A stretch of 64,000 bases of DNA from Pelagomonas calceolata (lineage: Eukaryota). A model generated the notes under the pieces. That model was not told where the DNA came from. It made no database searches and worked only from the letters and a program-made list of their open reading frames with translations. The stretch spans positions 1,240,001-1,304,000 of the forward strand of contig CAKKNE010000002.1 in assembly GCA_918797485.1 (NCBI GenBank). The letters run 5' to 3'. Positions 34,740 through 44,522 of the stretch are shown here, piece after piece (within the stretch, counting starts at the first letter, position 1; the number at the start of each line of letters is the position of its first letter). Both the position numbers and the translations under genes were made by a program.

Positions 34740-35918
34740 ATGTCCATCCCGGAAGAGGGCATCGCGGCGGCCGTCGAGGTCATGCGCGGCGGCCGCCTCT
34801 TCCGCTACTGCGCGACGTCGGCGGAGACGTCGCACGTCGCCCAGGCCGAGAAGGAGTTCGCCGCGATGGTGAACCAGAAGTACGCGCTCGGCGTCAACTC
34901 CTGCTCGTCGGCGATCATGCTCGCGCTCATGGCCGTCGGCGTCGACCCCGGCGACCAAGTGATTACGAACGGCTTCACCTTTACGGCTTTACCGTCGACG
35001 ATCATGCGCTTGGGCGCGGAGCCGGTCCTCGTGGAAGCCACGAAGTCCTGGACCATGGATTTGGACGACCTCGAGAAGAAGATCGCCGCGTTCCCGGACG
35101 CGAAAGTCTTGCTCTTATCGCACATGCGCGGCAAGGTCTGCGACATGGACCGGGTGGTGGAGATCTGCGAGAAGAACGGCATCACGTTGGTGGAGGACTG
35201 CGCCCACTCCTGCGGCGTCACGTGGCGGGGCAAGCAGTTGGGGTACCACGCGAAGGTCACGGCCTACTCGACGCAGTCGGACAAGGTCATCAACTCTGGC
35301 GAGGGCGGCTTCATCACGACCGACGACGACGAGATCGCGGCCAAGATCATCTACCTCTCGGGCTGCTACGAGCGCCGCTACGGCAAGCACGCCGTGCGGC
35401 CGGCCGACGAGCTCTGCGAGGTCGCCATGGCCGAGATGCCGAACCTCTCCTGCCGCATGAACGAGGTCACGGCCGCCGTCATGCGCCCGCTCATCAAGAA
35501 CCTGCCCCAGCGCGTCGAGGACTACAACCGCCGCTACGACTCCGTCGTCAAAGTACTGAGGGAGGAGGCCGGCGATATTATTGTGGTGCCCACCCAGGAT
35601 GAAAGAGTGGGCACGGTCGGCGACCACCTGAACTTCTACCTCACGGGCGTCACGGACGAGCAGAACGCGCTCTTCCGGCAGACGTGCGTCGCCATGGGCG
35701 TGCCCGTGTCCTGGTTCCAGTCGCAAGTCAACGCGCGGTGGCACGTGAACTGGCGCAAGTACGGCTCGCCGACGTTCGACCTCCCGAACACGGACGAGGT
35801 GCTGCGCTTCGCCTACGACCTCAAGATGCCGCCGTACTTCGACGACGCGGACTTCCCGGCCTTCGCGCGAGTGATCGCGTACGCCGCCCGGGTGGCCGCC
35901 GGCGACGACGACCTCTGA
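34740..35918 (+). CDS. DegT/DnrJ/EryC1/StrS family PLP-dependent aminotransferase; the true start is probably upstream
   Basis: GD.VITNGFTF.A, LVEDCAHS.G, PLP-lysine motif YSTQSDKVINSGEGG. The same frame is open upstream through a hydrophobic CLVALAACGDA segment. Confidence 0.88.
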   Translation: MSIPEEGIAAAVEVMRGGRLFRYCATSAETSHVAQAEKEFAAMVNQKYALGVNSCSSAIMLALMAVGVDPGDQVITNGFTFTALPSTIMRLGAEPVLVEATKSWTMDLDDLEKKIAAFPDAKVLLLSHMRGKVCDMDRVVEICEKNGITLVEDCAHSCGVTWRGKQLGYHAKVTAYSTQSDKVINSGEGGFITTDDDEIAAKIIYLSGCYERRYGKHAVRPADELCEVAMAEMPNLSCRMNEVTAAVMRPLIKNLPQRVEDYNRRYDSVVKVLREEAGDIIVVPTQDERVGTVGDHLNFYLTGVTDEQNALFRQTCVAMGVPVSWFQSQVNARWHVNWRKYGSPTFDLPNTDEVLRFAYDLKMPPYFDDADFPAFARVIAYAARVAAGDDDL

Positions 35919-36297
35919 GCGCGCCAGGGCGGTGCCTGAAGAATTCCTCTCCTCTTGCCGGCCGCCGCTCGCCGACGCCCCCCGTCGACGACCCCCTCTG
36001 CCGCCAACCCCGCGAAGTTTTAACATGTTCCGCTCGCAAATTTACTCTTATTATTATCGCACGGGTTTCTTCCTGCTTTTGCGGCTTTTTTGCGGTGCTT
36101 GCGTACGGCGGCGGGCGAGCTAGGCCGAAATTATTCGATCAGTGACGATAACGTGCCAGTCGCATTGGCTAGACTGCCTATCTGTGCCACAGCTTCCTGG
36201 TAGACAATCATAACCAATCAAGCCAATTGCAGCGGCGCCGAGATCGCCCGCACAATTCAGCCGCGATCGACCGCACAATTCAGCCGCGACGACGACG

Positions 36298-36971
36298 ATG
36301 AGGCTCGCCGGCCTCCTGCTAGCGTTGCTGATCCACGGAGGCTCGCCGGTAGAACTCTCGCCGGTAGACAAGGATACATTCCCGCGTTAAAACTCATCGG
36401 CGGGATCCTCAACGCGAAGGATTTGGGCATTGACAAGAAGAAGACGTACAAGAAGAAGCACCACCATCATCACGAGTATCGACCTGCGTGGAAATCAACC
36501 AGTGAGTTAGTGTTTCGGAGGGAGACGACATCGCGTCGATGGCGTGCGGTGCCTAAAATTTGATTTCCACACAGGGATCCGGTCACAGCCGCGGCCCATA
36601 CGATCCAGAAATTGTTCAAAGGTAAGCAGTCGCCGGCCACGAGCCAGGTGTCCGCCGAGCTGTCGCCTTACGTCGCCTCCGAACGCTTCCGCAGCGAGGA
36701 GTCGCCGCCGCAGAACGTCGTCGTCGCCGCCGTGGCGTATCCCTTCAAGGCCGTGGCAGGGTTGTTTATGCCCGCGCCGCAGCGCCGCCAGTCCGACGGG
36801 GACCTCTCACCGATGACGGCGAGCCGACCTGTGAGCCGCGCCAACACCTCGACCACGACTATGCATTCGCCGCCGCCTGCGCCGCGGATGCTCGACGACC
36901 ACGAGCTCCCGCGGCCACCGATCGCTCGCAACGAACGCGGGCTCGGGAGCACGTGGTACGGCGAGTCCTGA
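36298..36971 (+). CDS. Small hypothetical protein; intron 36476-36574; 5' structure unresolved
   Basis: Splicing joins KKKHHHHHE|DPVTAAAHTIQKLFKGK in frame. The ATG at 36298 is in a different frame. Confidence 0.4.
36484..36574. mobile_element. Introner element, short variant; intron 36476-36574
   Basis: TIR ctgcgtggaaatcaa...ttgatttccacacag. GT lies exactly 8 nt upstream; TSD gtatcgac / ggatccgg is decayed (4/8). Confidence 0.88.
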
Positions 36972-37045
36972 ACATACTGTCGTGGCGGCTGATAGTGTAT
37001 ATACTAAGTACTTCTCTTACTTGGAGGACGACGACGACAGCAGGA

Positions 37046-40000
37046 TCAAACGACCCCGAGCTCCTGGAGCAGTGCCGCGTTCGAGTCCAGCAGCTCGGAG
37101 AACGCCCCGCGCGCCCGCGGCGTCGGGTCGGCCTCGTCCGGGGACACGACCAACGTCCGCGCCGCTTCGCGCGACGATCGCAACGACGCCTTGGCCGTCG
37201 CCGACAACGGCGAGACGTCGGTGCCCCGCAGCTCGCGCGTCAGCGCGTCGCACCGCTTCGTAAGTTCATTCACAATGAGCGACTCGTCCCGCAGCCTCAT
37301 CATCAGGTCGCGGCGGTCGCTCTCGTTCTTGTCCCGGAGCGCGCCGAGCTCGAGGTTCATCGCCGCTAAAGCTTGTCTGTGTCGTTGCCTCGCTTCTTGG
37401 GCGTCGCGGCGGCAGGCGCTCAGCCGCGCCTCGAGCACGCGGATCTCCGCCGACGCGACGGTGGCGTCGCGCGGCGTCGCCTGGAGCGCCTCGGCGAGCG
37501 CCTTGTTCTGCGTCGCGAGGGCGAGCAACGCCGCCCGTTGTTTGTCCGTGTCGGCGGGCACGAGCGCCTCGTCCTCCTTCGACGACACGGTGGTGTCGTC
37601 GAAGGCGTGGCCGCCGGCCGGGCTCGCCGGCCGCGGCTCCTCGGCGAGCGCCGCGCTCCGGAGCATCTCGTCGGACGACGACCGGTCGCGCGACGACGCC
37701 GAGCTGGCCGTGGCGGCGGCGCGGCGGCCGCGCGAGGACGCCGAGTCGGCGCCGGGCGCGGCCACCTCCTCGTCGACGGAGGATACAGAAGGCGAGGCTT
37801 TGCGACCACGTGTCGGCGCCGCGGCGGGCGCGGCGCTCTCGGTAGTGGAGACGACCGGGGCCGGTGCTGCCGCCGGCACCAGCGGCGCCTTGGGCGTCTT
37901 TGGCGACTTCTTGGGCGAGGCGCGCACGGCGCCGCGGAGTTTACCCCACTTTGACTTCTTCTTCTCGGGCGTCGGCGCCTCGGCCGGGGCCGCCTCCTCT
38001 TTGACGGCGGGCGCGGCCCTGCGGCCACGCGCCGGTGGCGCGGGCGCGTCTTCGTCAACGGAGAGGGCTTCGCGACCCCGCGCCGGTGGCGCTGCGGAGG
38101 CCCGGGCCGGAGGGTCGCGCGGCCGCGGGGGGAGGCCGGTCGCGCGGCGCGCGGCGCTCTCCGCCGTCTCGGATTCGTCGTCGCCCGCGCTCTCGCGGGA
38201 CCCGCGCCACTGGCGGAGCCGCGCCTCGGAGGCCGCGTGGGCCCCCTGGCGCCCACGCGCCCGCGCGGATACGACGCCCAGGCGCGCGGCGGCGCCGAGC
38301 CCGAGCTTTGGCGCCGGCACCGTTTCGATGGCGGCAGGCGCGGGCGCGGCCCTGCGCGCCACCGGCGCGGGCGATTCATCGGACTCGACGGAGGATACAG
38401 AGGCTTTGCGACCACGCGCCGGTGACGCCGGCGTCGCCTCGTCGACGGAGGATACAGAGGGCGAGGCTCGGCGTCCACGTGTCGGCGGCGCGACCGCCTC
38501 CTCTTTGACGGCCCTGCGGCCGCGCGCCGGTGGCGCGGCCGCCTCCGCTTCGACGGCAGGCGACGGTCGGAGACGCGCCCAGCGGCCAAAAACAGCAAAC
38601 GTCGCCCGCGCGTCCGCGGCCGCCGACGCCTGGACGAGCCGGTGCAGCGCGCGGCGGCCGAGGCGCTCCTTGATCCGCGCGCACTCCGCCGCGAGCGCCG
38701 CGTGCTCGCGCGCCGGCGCCGCGCCACGCGCATCGTCGAGCGCGGCCTGGAGCTCCCGGGCCTTGGCCTCGGCGGCGTCGACGGCGCGCTTGGCGGAGGC
38801 CGCGCGCCGCGCCGCGAGGTCGTCGGCGCGCTTGCGCTCGTCGCGGAGACGCGCCTCGTCGGGCGGCGACGACGCGACGGACGCCGGCTCGCGCGGCTGC
38901 GGCCCGGCGTCCGGCGACGACGCCACCGAGGCGCGCGACGGCGGCCGCGACGGCGGCGCCGGCGGCCCGGCCTGCAGCGCGGCGGCCATGATGCGCCGCC
39001 GCTCGGCGGCCGGCGTCGCCGCCGGGCCGGCCTCGTCGCCGCGCGGCGGCGCGGCGGCGGGCGACGGCCGCGGCGCCGAGCGCGGCGGCCCCGCAATGCC
39101 CCGCGCCACGAGGACGGCTCGTGCGGCGGTCCGCAGCCGACGCGAGGCCGACGGCGCCGGGGCCGCGGGCGTCTGCGATGCGGCAGGGGGCCGCGGCGCG
39201 CCGCCGCCGGGCGCGAGGCGCCGGGCACGCGCGCCGACGGGAGCTGCGGCGCCAGGAACGACGGCCAGCGCCGCGCCGGGCGCGACGGTCGCCGCCGCGG
39301 CGATGGACCCGTCGGCGAGCGCGACGACGCGCCCGGCCGGCATGGCCTGGCCGTTCGCGAGCAGCGTGCCGGCGGGCACCTGCGAGGCCGGCGCGACGCT
39401 GCCGTCGGCGAGGGCGACGACCGGCTCCGGGGGTAAGGCCGCGCCGGCCCCGAGCCCCGGCGCTGTAGCCCTCTGCGCGCGCGCCTCGATGGCGTCGACC
39501 GCGGCCGGCACGGCCTGCTGGCCCCGGGCCCGCGCGGCCGCGGCGCCCGACGGCGGTCCGGCATCGTGGCCTCGCCCGGGGCCGAGCGTCGGTTCAGCGG
39601 CCGCCTTCCGACCGGTCGGCGCAGGCTCGACGACGGCAGGCGCCGGATCCCCGCGGCCTCGCGCCGCGGCGGCGCTCAGGCGGGCGGCGACGCCGAACCC
39701 GAGCTTCGGCCCAGTGCGTGACCGGGCGGCGCCCGGCGCCGGCGACACGCGGCCGGTGCGCCGCGGCGGCGGCGGCGGCGGCGGCCCCTCCGGCTCTTCC
39801 GGAGCGTCGCGGATCGCCCCCAGCAGGACCCCGAGGTCCTTCCCCGCCACCGGCGGCAGGCCGCAGACCGCCGCCGCGCTTCCCAAATCGCCGGAGTTGC
39901 CGCCGTCGGCCGCGACGCGGAACTGCGCGAGGGCGATGCGCCGCGCGTGGCGCGCGCCGGGGTCCGACGCCTCGTCGCACGCATCCAATTGATCTAAGGC

Positions 40001-41227
40001 CCGCAGCACGCCCGGGACCGTGGCCTTGGCGTTCGCCAGCTCGCGCGGCACCTCGTCCTTCGTGGTGAGCCCCATGGCCGCGGCACCATCCACCACAGCG
40101 GCCCAGCGCTCTTCCAAACCGGTCTCGATACCCGTACCAGGTGCACTGGGAGGCGCCCCGAAGGCCTTCATGATGTCGCGCGACAGATTTTGCAACGCAA
40201 CGTCCATCTCACCAGGATCGCCCGCCGCCTTCAACGCCGCCTCCGCATCGCCCAACGCCGCGTCGACCTTCTGGTTCAGGATCAGTCGCGCGCGCCGCTC
40301 CGCGAGGGCCCTATGTTCATGATACTCCGCTCGATCTTCGGCAGCTCTTACCTCCGTCTCCAGCAGCACGCGCTCGTCGGGCGCCGCTTTATTACGATTC
40401 GCGAGGGCCCGCTGCTTGCGCTGCGACGATTTGAGCTCCTCGCGCAGGCGCGTCGCATCGTCGCCTAGGGCCGCTGCTCTCTCCCGGACGCCGACTAATC
40501 GTTTCCTCGTCTGGTCTAGAGCTTTGTTGCAGGACTTCTGCTGTTGCGCGTGGGCCTTTGATCGCTTCTCCAGAATTTGCTTCGCTTTGGCCGTGGTCGA
40601 AGCCGCCTGTCGCATTTCAGCCTGGAGCTCCCTCATTTTTGATTCGGCATCATCGACGCGGGCGCGCTCCCGTCGTAACTGCGCGTGCAACTCGCGCCGT
40701 TCCCTAGCAAACGTCGCCTCGACCTTTTGGATTTTCGCCTCGGCCTCTTCATGAACACGTTTGCGTTCGCTCGCGTCGTGCTCGCGCCGCCTCTTCTCAT
40801 ACTGCTCCCTTCGTACCAATTCGGTCTCGTGGGCGTGGGCCTTGACGACGGCCTTGACCAAGGCTTCTTCCAGTTGATTCCGTGACGATGAGAAGGGCTG
40901 CTTTTTCGTGACCCAGTCACAAAGTTGGGAGAGCGCGCGCGTGTGGTCGAACGCTGTGAGCACCCCCGTACTGAGCGCGAGGGCCCGGACCCGAAACTGG
41001 CGGAACCGCGTCTTCAAGCGCGCGTTGGCCACGGCATCTAAGCGGTTCAGCGCCTCGGTCCTATACAGCTTCACAGCCTCGGGGTCGACTTTGATCAACC
41101 GCGGGCTGTGGGCGTCGGGCTCGTCGTCCGCGCGCGGGCGCCGGTCCCGCGGCGCGAGGCGCTTCTTGCCGGCCGCCTTCGGCTGCTGCCCGGGGGGGCG
41201 CTTCTTGGTTTTCAGGCGCGGGCCCAT
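37046..41227 (-). CDS. Large coiled-coil and Ala/Pro-rich hypothetical protein
   Basis: Long ORF with N- and C-terminal heptad-rich regions and internal repeats (RGRKASPSVSSVDE; PKLGxGxAARL). Confidence 0.65.
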   Translation of the reverse strand: MGPRLKTKKRPPGQQPKAAGKKRLAPRDRRPRADDEPDAHSPRLIKVDPEAVKLYRTEALNRLDAVANARLKTRFRQFRVRALALSTGVLTAFDHTRALSQLCDWVTKKQPFSSSRNQLEEALVKAVVKAHAHETELVRREQYEKRRREHDASERKRVHEEAEAKIQKVEATFARERRELHAQLRRERARVDDAESKMRELQAEMRQAASTTAKAKQILEKRSKAHAQQQKSCNKALDQTRKRLVGVRERAAALGDDATRLREELKSSQRKQRALANRNKAAPDERVLLETEVRAAEDRAEYHEHRALAERRARLILNQKVDAALGDAEAALKAAGDPGEMDVALQNLSRDIMKAFGAPPSAPGTGIETGLEERWAAVVDGAAAMGLTTKDEVPRELANAKATVPGVLRALDQLDACDEASDPGARHARRIALAQFRVAADGGNSGDLGSAAAVCGLPPVAGKDLGVLLGAIRDAPEEPEGPPPPPPPRRTGRVSPAPGAARSRTGPKLGFGVAARLSAAAARGRGDPAPAVVEPAPTGRKAAAEPTLGPGRGHDAGPPSGAAAARARGQQAVPAAVDAIEARAQRATAPGLGAGAALPPEPVVALADGSVAPASQVPAGTLLANGQAMPAGRVVALADGSIAAAATVAPGAALAVVPGAAAPVGARARRLAPGGGAPRPPAASQTPAAPAPSASRRLRTAARAVLVARGIAGPPRSAPRPSPAAAPPRGDEAGPAATPAAERRRIMAAALQAGPPAPPSRPPSRASVASSPDAGPQPREPASVASSPPDEARLRDERKRADDLAARRAASAKRAVDAAEAKARELQAALDDARGAAPAREHAALAAECARIKERLGRRALHRLVQASAAADARATFAVFGRWARLRPSPAVEAEAAAPPARGRRAVKEEAVAPPTRGRRASPSVSSVDEATPASPARGRKASVSSVESDESPAPVARRAAPAPAAIETVPAPKLGLGAAARLGVVSARARGRQGAHAASEARLRQWRGSRESAGDDESETAESAARRATGLPPRPRDPPARASAAPPARGREALSVDEDAPAPPARGRRAAPAVKEEAAPAEAPTPEKKKSKWGKLRGAVRASPKKSPKTPKAPLVPAAAPAPVVSTTESAAPAAAPTRGRKASPSVSSVDEEVAAPGADSASSRGRRAAATASSASSRDRSSSDEMLRSAALAEEPRPASPAGGHAFDDTTVSSKEDEALVPADTDKQRAALLALATQNKALAEALQATPRDATVASAEIRVLEARLSACRRDAQEARQRHRQALAAMNLELGALRDKNESDRRDLMMRLRDESLIVNELTKRCDALTRELRGTDVSPLSATAKASLRSSREAARTLVVSPDEADPTPRARGAFSELLDSNAALLQELGVV

Positions 41228-41757
41228 CCTGCCGCTACGAAGCCGCTTCGGCACCACTGGTAGTGCGGCACTGGGGGGCTGCCTGGGGGCCGCGCTGGGG
41301 GCTGCCGCTGCTTGCGGCGGACGTTGCGGCGTTGCTCCGTCGCTGCGGCGCGTAACAGTTGCGCACCGTCGCGCCGCGCCGCTCGTTTTTGGCACCCAGC
41401 TTCGCAATCAACTGGCAATTTTACGGGATGAACGGGCAGCCTGGGAGCGCTCGTCTGGTCCTTTGAGGGCTCGCATAGCTCTCCAGACACGTCCGTGTAG
41501 ATATACGTAATGCACTCTAGTGTCTTACAAGCCGCTAGCTACACTCAGCTCGAGACTAGCTCGAGCCGGCTTTTTTGGCCCTAACGCTGCGCTTGACAGC
41601 ATAACTGGGTTGAGGTGCGCTTATATAGCTGCCACAAATTCTGCGACCAGCTGTGCGGTCGCAACCCACTGATTTTGGACCTGTGCATTGAGACCTCCAA
41701 GGAGCCAGGCGAAGCCATCGAGCCAGCGCGCGCGGAACAATCACAGTTAATAGAGCC

Positions 41758-42897
41758 ATGGCGCCCACCCAAAAGGACCGCAAGACGCCGCAGACCGCCG
41801 ACGAGTGGAAGGCGGCCATCGAGAACGCCAAGTGGGAGAAGGGCGACCTGGCGCGGGGCTTCATGGAGAATTTGTTGGGCGAGCGGCGCGACACGAGCAA
41901 GGACGCGCCCATTCCCTTGCCGGACTTCCTGAAGAAGCCCCAACCAGACCAGCCGCCGGAGCCTCCACGACGGGACCCGGTCACGGGCAAGACTATTGGA
42001 GAGATCGCCGTCGAGAAGGCCGCTGCTTTATATGACGCGGGCCACAAGCCCCTGTTGATGGTCGGGAGGAAGGACCCCTGGCTGCAGCCCCAACCGACAC
42101 CTGCCTTGAATGACGTTTCTGCCTCCGACGGGTCCTACGAGTTCTCGCACTGTAGGGATTGTGTGGTGGGGCCGTGGGCCGGGAGCTGGGCGGCCGTCTG
42201 TCGAGGTGGTTTGTACGAGGCGATCCCGAAGGCCTGCACGCATCGGGTGGTCGTGGACCCTCGCTGTTCTCGACTTATTCTCATCCTCGTCGACGGGACG
42301 CGGTCCGAGGGCGCGCCGAGGCGGGCCGAGGCGTGCGTCCAAAAGCTTGAAGGGAGACTGGCGAAGCTCCCGTCACAGAGAGCCGAGGTCGAAGACGTGA
42401 AGGCGGCCTTCAGGGGCCTCAACAAGGACAAGTGCCGCCCGGCCTGCGTCATTATTGAGGCGTCGGGCCGCGTTTTGGTAGCACACACGGGCAAGACGCG
42501 CGCCGCTGTAAGTGTAGACGGGTCCTTTACGTTCGTCACGCCGCCGCGCGAGGAGGGCGAGCTGTCGTCGGGCGGCAACCATCATATAGATGTGGACGTG
42601 CTCGGAGGGCCCATGGGCGAGCGCATGCGCATCGCGCTGTTTTCGAGGGTGCTCGCGGAGCACGTGCCTGTAGGTGACGTGTTGCCGGCGGAGACCGAGG
42701 AGGTCGCGGCGGCTGATGTGTTGGAGGGCCGCGCGCACGACTGTTGCCGCGTCTGCGAGCACAGGTCCTGGGAAAACGATAGAGAGGACTGCGGCATGCT
42801 CGACTGCATGTCGTTGCTGCTCGTTGATATTCGAAGGAGGCGGAAGTGTGACGTCGCGCCAGCGGTGGACAGCGACTCGGATACGACGGAATCTTAA
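41758..42897 (+). CDS. Hypothetical protein with a degenerate PP2C/PPM-like fold
   Basis: LILVDG, VLVAHTGKTRAAVS and DCMSLLLVDI resemble PPM motifs. Confidence 0.5.
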   Translation: MAPTQKDRKTPQTADEWKAAIENAKWEKGDLARGFMENLLGERRDTSKDAPIPLPDFLKKPQPDQPPEPPRRDPVTGKTIGEIAVEKAAALYDAGHKPLLMVGRKDPWLQPQPTPALNDVSASDGSYEFSHCRDCVVGPWAGSWAAVCRGGLYEAIPKACTHRVVVDPRCSRLILILVDGTRSEGAPRRAEACVQKLEGRLAKLPSQRAEVEDVKAAFRGLNKDKCRPACVIIEASGRVLVAHTGKTRAAVSVDGSFTFVTPPREEGELSSGGNHHIDVDVLGGPMGERMRIALFSRVLAEHVPVGDVLPAETEEVAAADVLEGRAHDCCRVCEHRSWENDREDCGMLDCMSLLLVDIRRRRKCDVAPAVDSDSDTTES

Positions 42898-42921
42898 TTG
42901 TTGTAATTTTTTACTCGAAAC

Positions 42922-44169
42922 CTACACAGAGAGCAGCTCGACCGTCCGGCTGATGTAGACCTCCCGCTCCCCGTTTGCGCTGCCCGAGCTGTCCTCGTGG
43001 GCCTGCAGGAACTCTGCGACGTTCGCGACGACGGCGTCCTTGCCGCTCTCATCTTGCGCGTGGAACTCAATCTCCCCCCGCGCCGGGAGGCCCTCCGCAG
43101 TGCCCCACGTATCTGTCTTCACGTCATAAGTAAAGTAAACGTCGGCGAGCTCAGTTCCTTTGTTTGTGCGTTCTTTTTCAACGTAGAACGTGCCCTGGAC
43201 GACGACGCCTTTCACTATCGCGCGGCTTTCAGGCATGTCGGCGCAGGCGCGCCACGTATCGGTCCACGCGTCGTAGAGCTCGGCCGTCGCGGTCGCGGTC
43301 GCGGGGGCAGCGGGCGCCGCGCCGGGGGCCCGGGCGTTGATACCGCCGGCGACGATCAAATAGCGGTCGTCGATCACGCCGTGGGCGGCCGTCTCGCGGT
43401 CGCGTCCCCGAGTGAGCGCATCGTCCGTGTGCGTCCAAGCCGCCCGCCGGCGGCCGAGGTAGCCCCCGCGGCCCAGGTCGGCGACGGCCAAGGTCTCCAT
43501 CGATCGGTGCCGCGGGCCCTGCAGCTCGCCGTTTTGCGAGTAGCCACCGACGGCGACGACGACGCGCGAGCCGTCGCTGCGCGTGAGCACCGCGACGATC
43601 GGGTCGCGCCGCCCATCTCGCAGGCTCGGCAACGCCTTGGGCGCCGCCCGGCCCTCACGGAGGAGCTCGGCCGACCGCAGCAGGCCGGTCCGACCCTCGC
43701 CACCGACGGCGAGGAAATGCGCGTCGCCCACGCACGCGATGCCGGCGTAGGCGCGGCCGGTCCGCAGCCGCGGCAGCACCCGCCAATCGCCCTCCGTGAG
43801 GCCGAGACCGGCTTCGATTTCGAGGCAGTCCTTACCTACCTCCGTCGCGCAGCCGGCGCGGGCGTAGACGCGGTCCCGCGCGTTCTCGTACCAGCCCGCG
43901 GCGACTGTGTCGCCCGTCATGATCGGTTGCGCGTCTGCGCGGCCGCACCCGCCGACGCAAATCAACCACGTGTGGCGCGTCTGCGCCCGCGCCCGCGCGA
44001 CCGTGACGGCGCCGGTTGAGACCAGGCGCCCGAAGCGCTTGCACACGCTCCCGGCGTTTCCGAAGCCGTCCGCCGACGACAGCGCCAAGACCGCGCACGC
44101 GACCTCGTCCGGCAGAGATGACCAGCCGGTTGGCGGCGGCGGCGCGCTGCGGTTACGACGCGTTTTCAT
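42922..44169 (-). CDS. F-box / Kelch-repeat protein
   Basis: N-terminal WSSLPDEVACAVL; kelch units (LAVGG, VAVGGY, IVAGG, AELYDAWTDTW...MPESR). Confidence 0.8.
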   Translation of the reverse strand: MKTRRNRSAPPPPTGWSSLPDEVACAVLALSSADGFGNAGSVCKRFGRLVSTGAVTVARARAQTRHTWLICVGGCGRADAQPIMTGDTVAAGWYENARDRVYARAGCATEVGKDCLEIEAGLGLTEGDWRVLPRLRTGRAYAGIACVGDAHFLAVGGEGRTGLLRSAELLREGRAAPKALPSLRDGRRDPIVAVLTRSDGSRVVVAVGGYSQNGELQGPRHRSMETLAVADLGRGGYLGRRRAAWTHTDDALTRGRDRETAAHGVIDDRYLIVAGGINARAPGAAPAAPATATATAELYDAWTDTWRACADMPESRAIVKGVVVQGTFYVEKERTNKGTELADVYFTYDVKTDTWGTAEGLPARGEIEFHAQDESGKDAVVANVAEFLQAHEDSSGSANGEREVYISRTVELLSV

Positions 44170-44522
44170 CTTTGCTCTTCAACTGGTAGTGGACACACAG
44201 ACAGACGCTGCGCGCCGAGAATTCGTCCTGTGGCAGTGAATGCAAGCGCTGCGTACGCTCGTTTGCCGCCGTGCGTGAGCGCTGCGGCGTATTCAAGCAA
44301 AGGACAAGGCACTTTTTGACCTGCTAGCGTGCCTGTAAGACACTAGCAAGCAAGGAAAGGGCTGTTCGTAGCAAAGGGAACGCTCCCGCCGCGAGGACGA
44401 GTAGCTGCGAGCCTTTCGAGGACAGCGCGATTTCAATTCTATGCAAATCAGGTGCTGAGTAATTACTGGCGCGCGGGCTGCCTCGCATCGACACTTGAAA
44501 AGGCAGGGCTGCCTCGTCAGAG

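Noticed and set aside
37191..39992. 933-aa + strand ORF and 714-aa alternative-frame ORF
   Set aside because: Antisense or shifted shadows of the very GC-rich gene 37046..41227; stop codons are rare at this composition.
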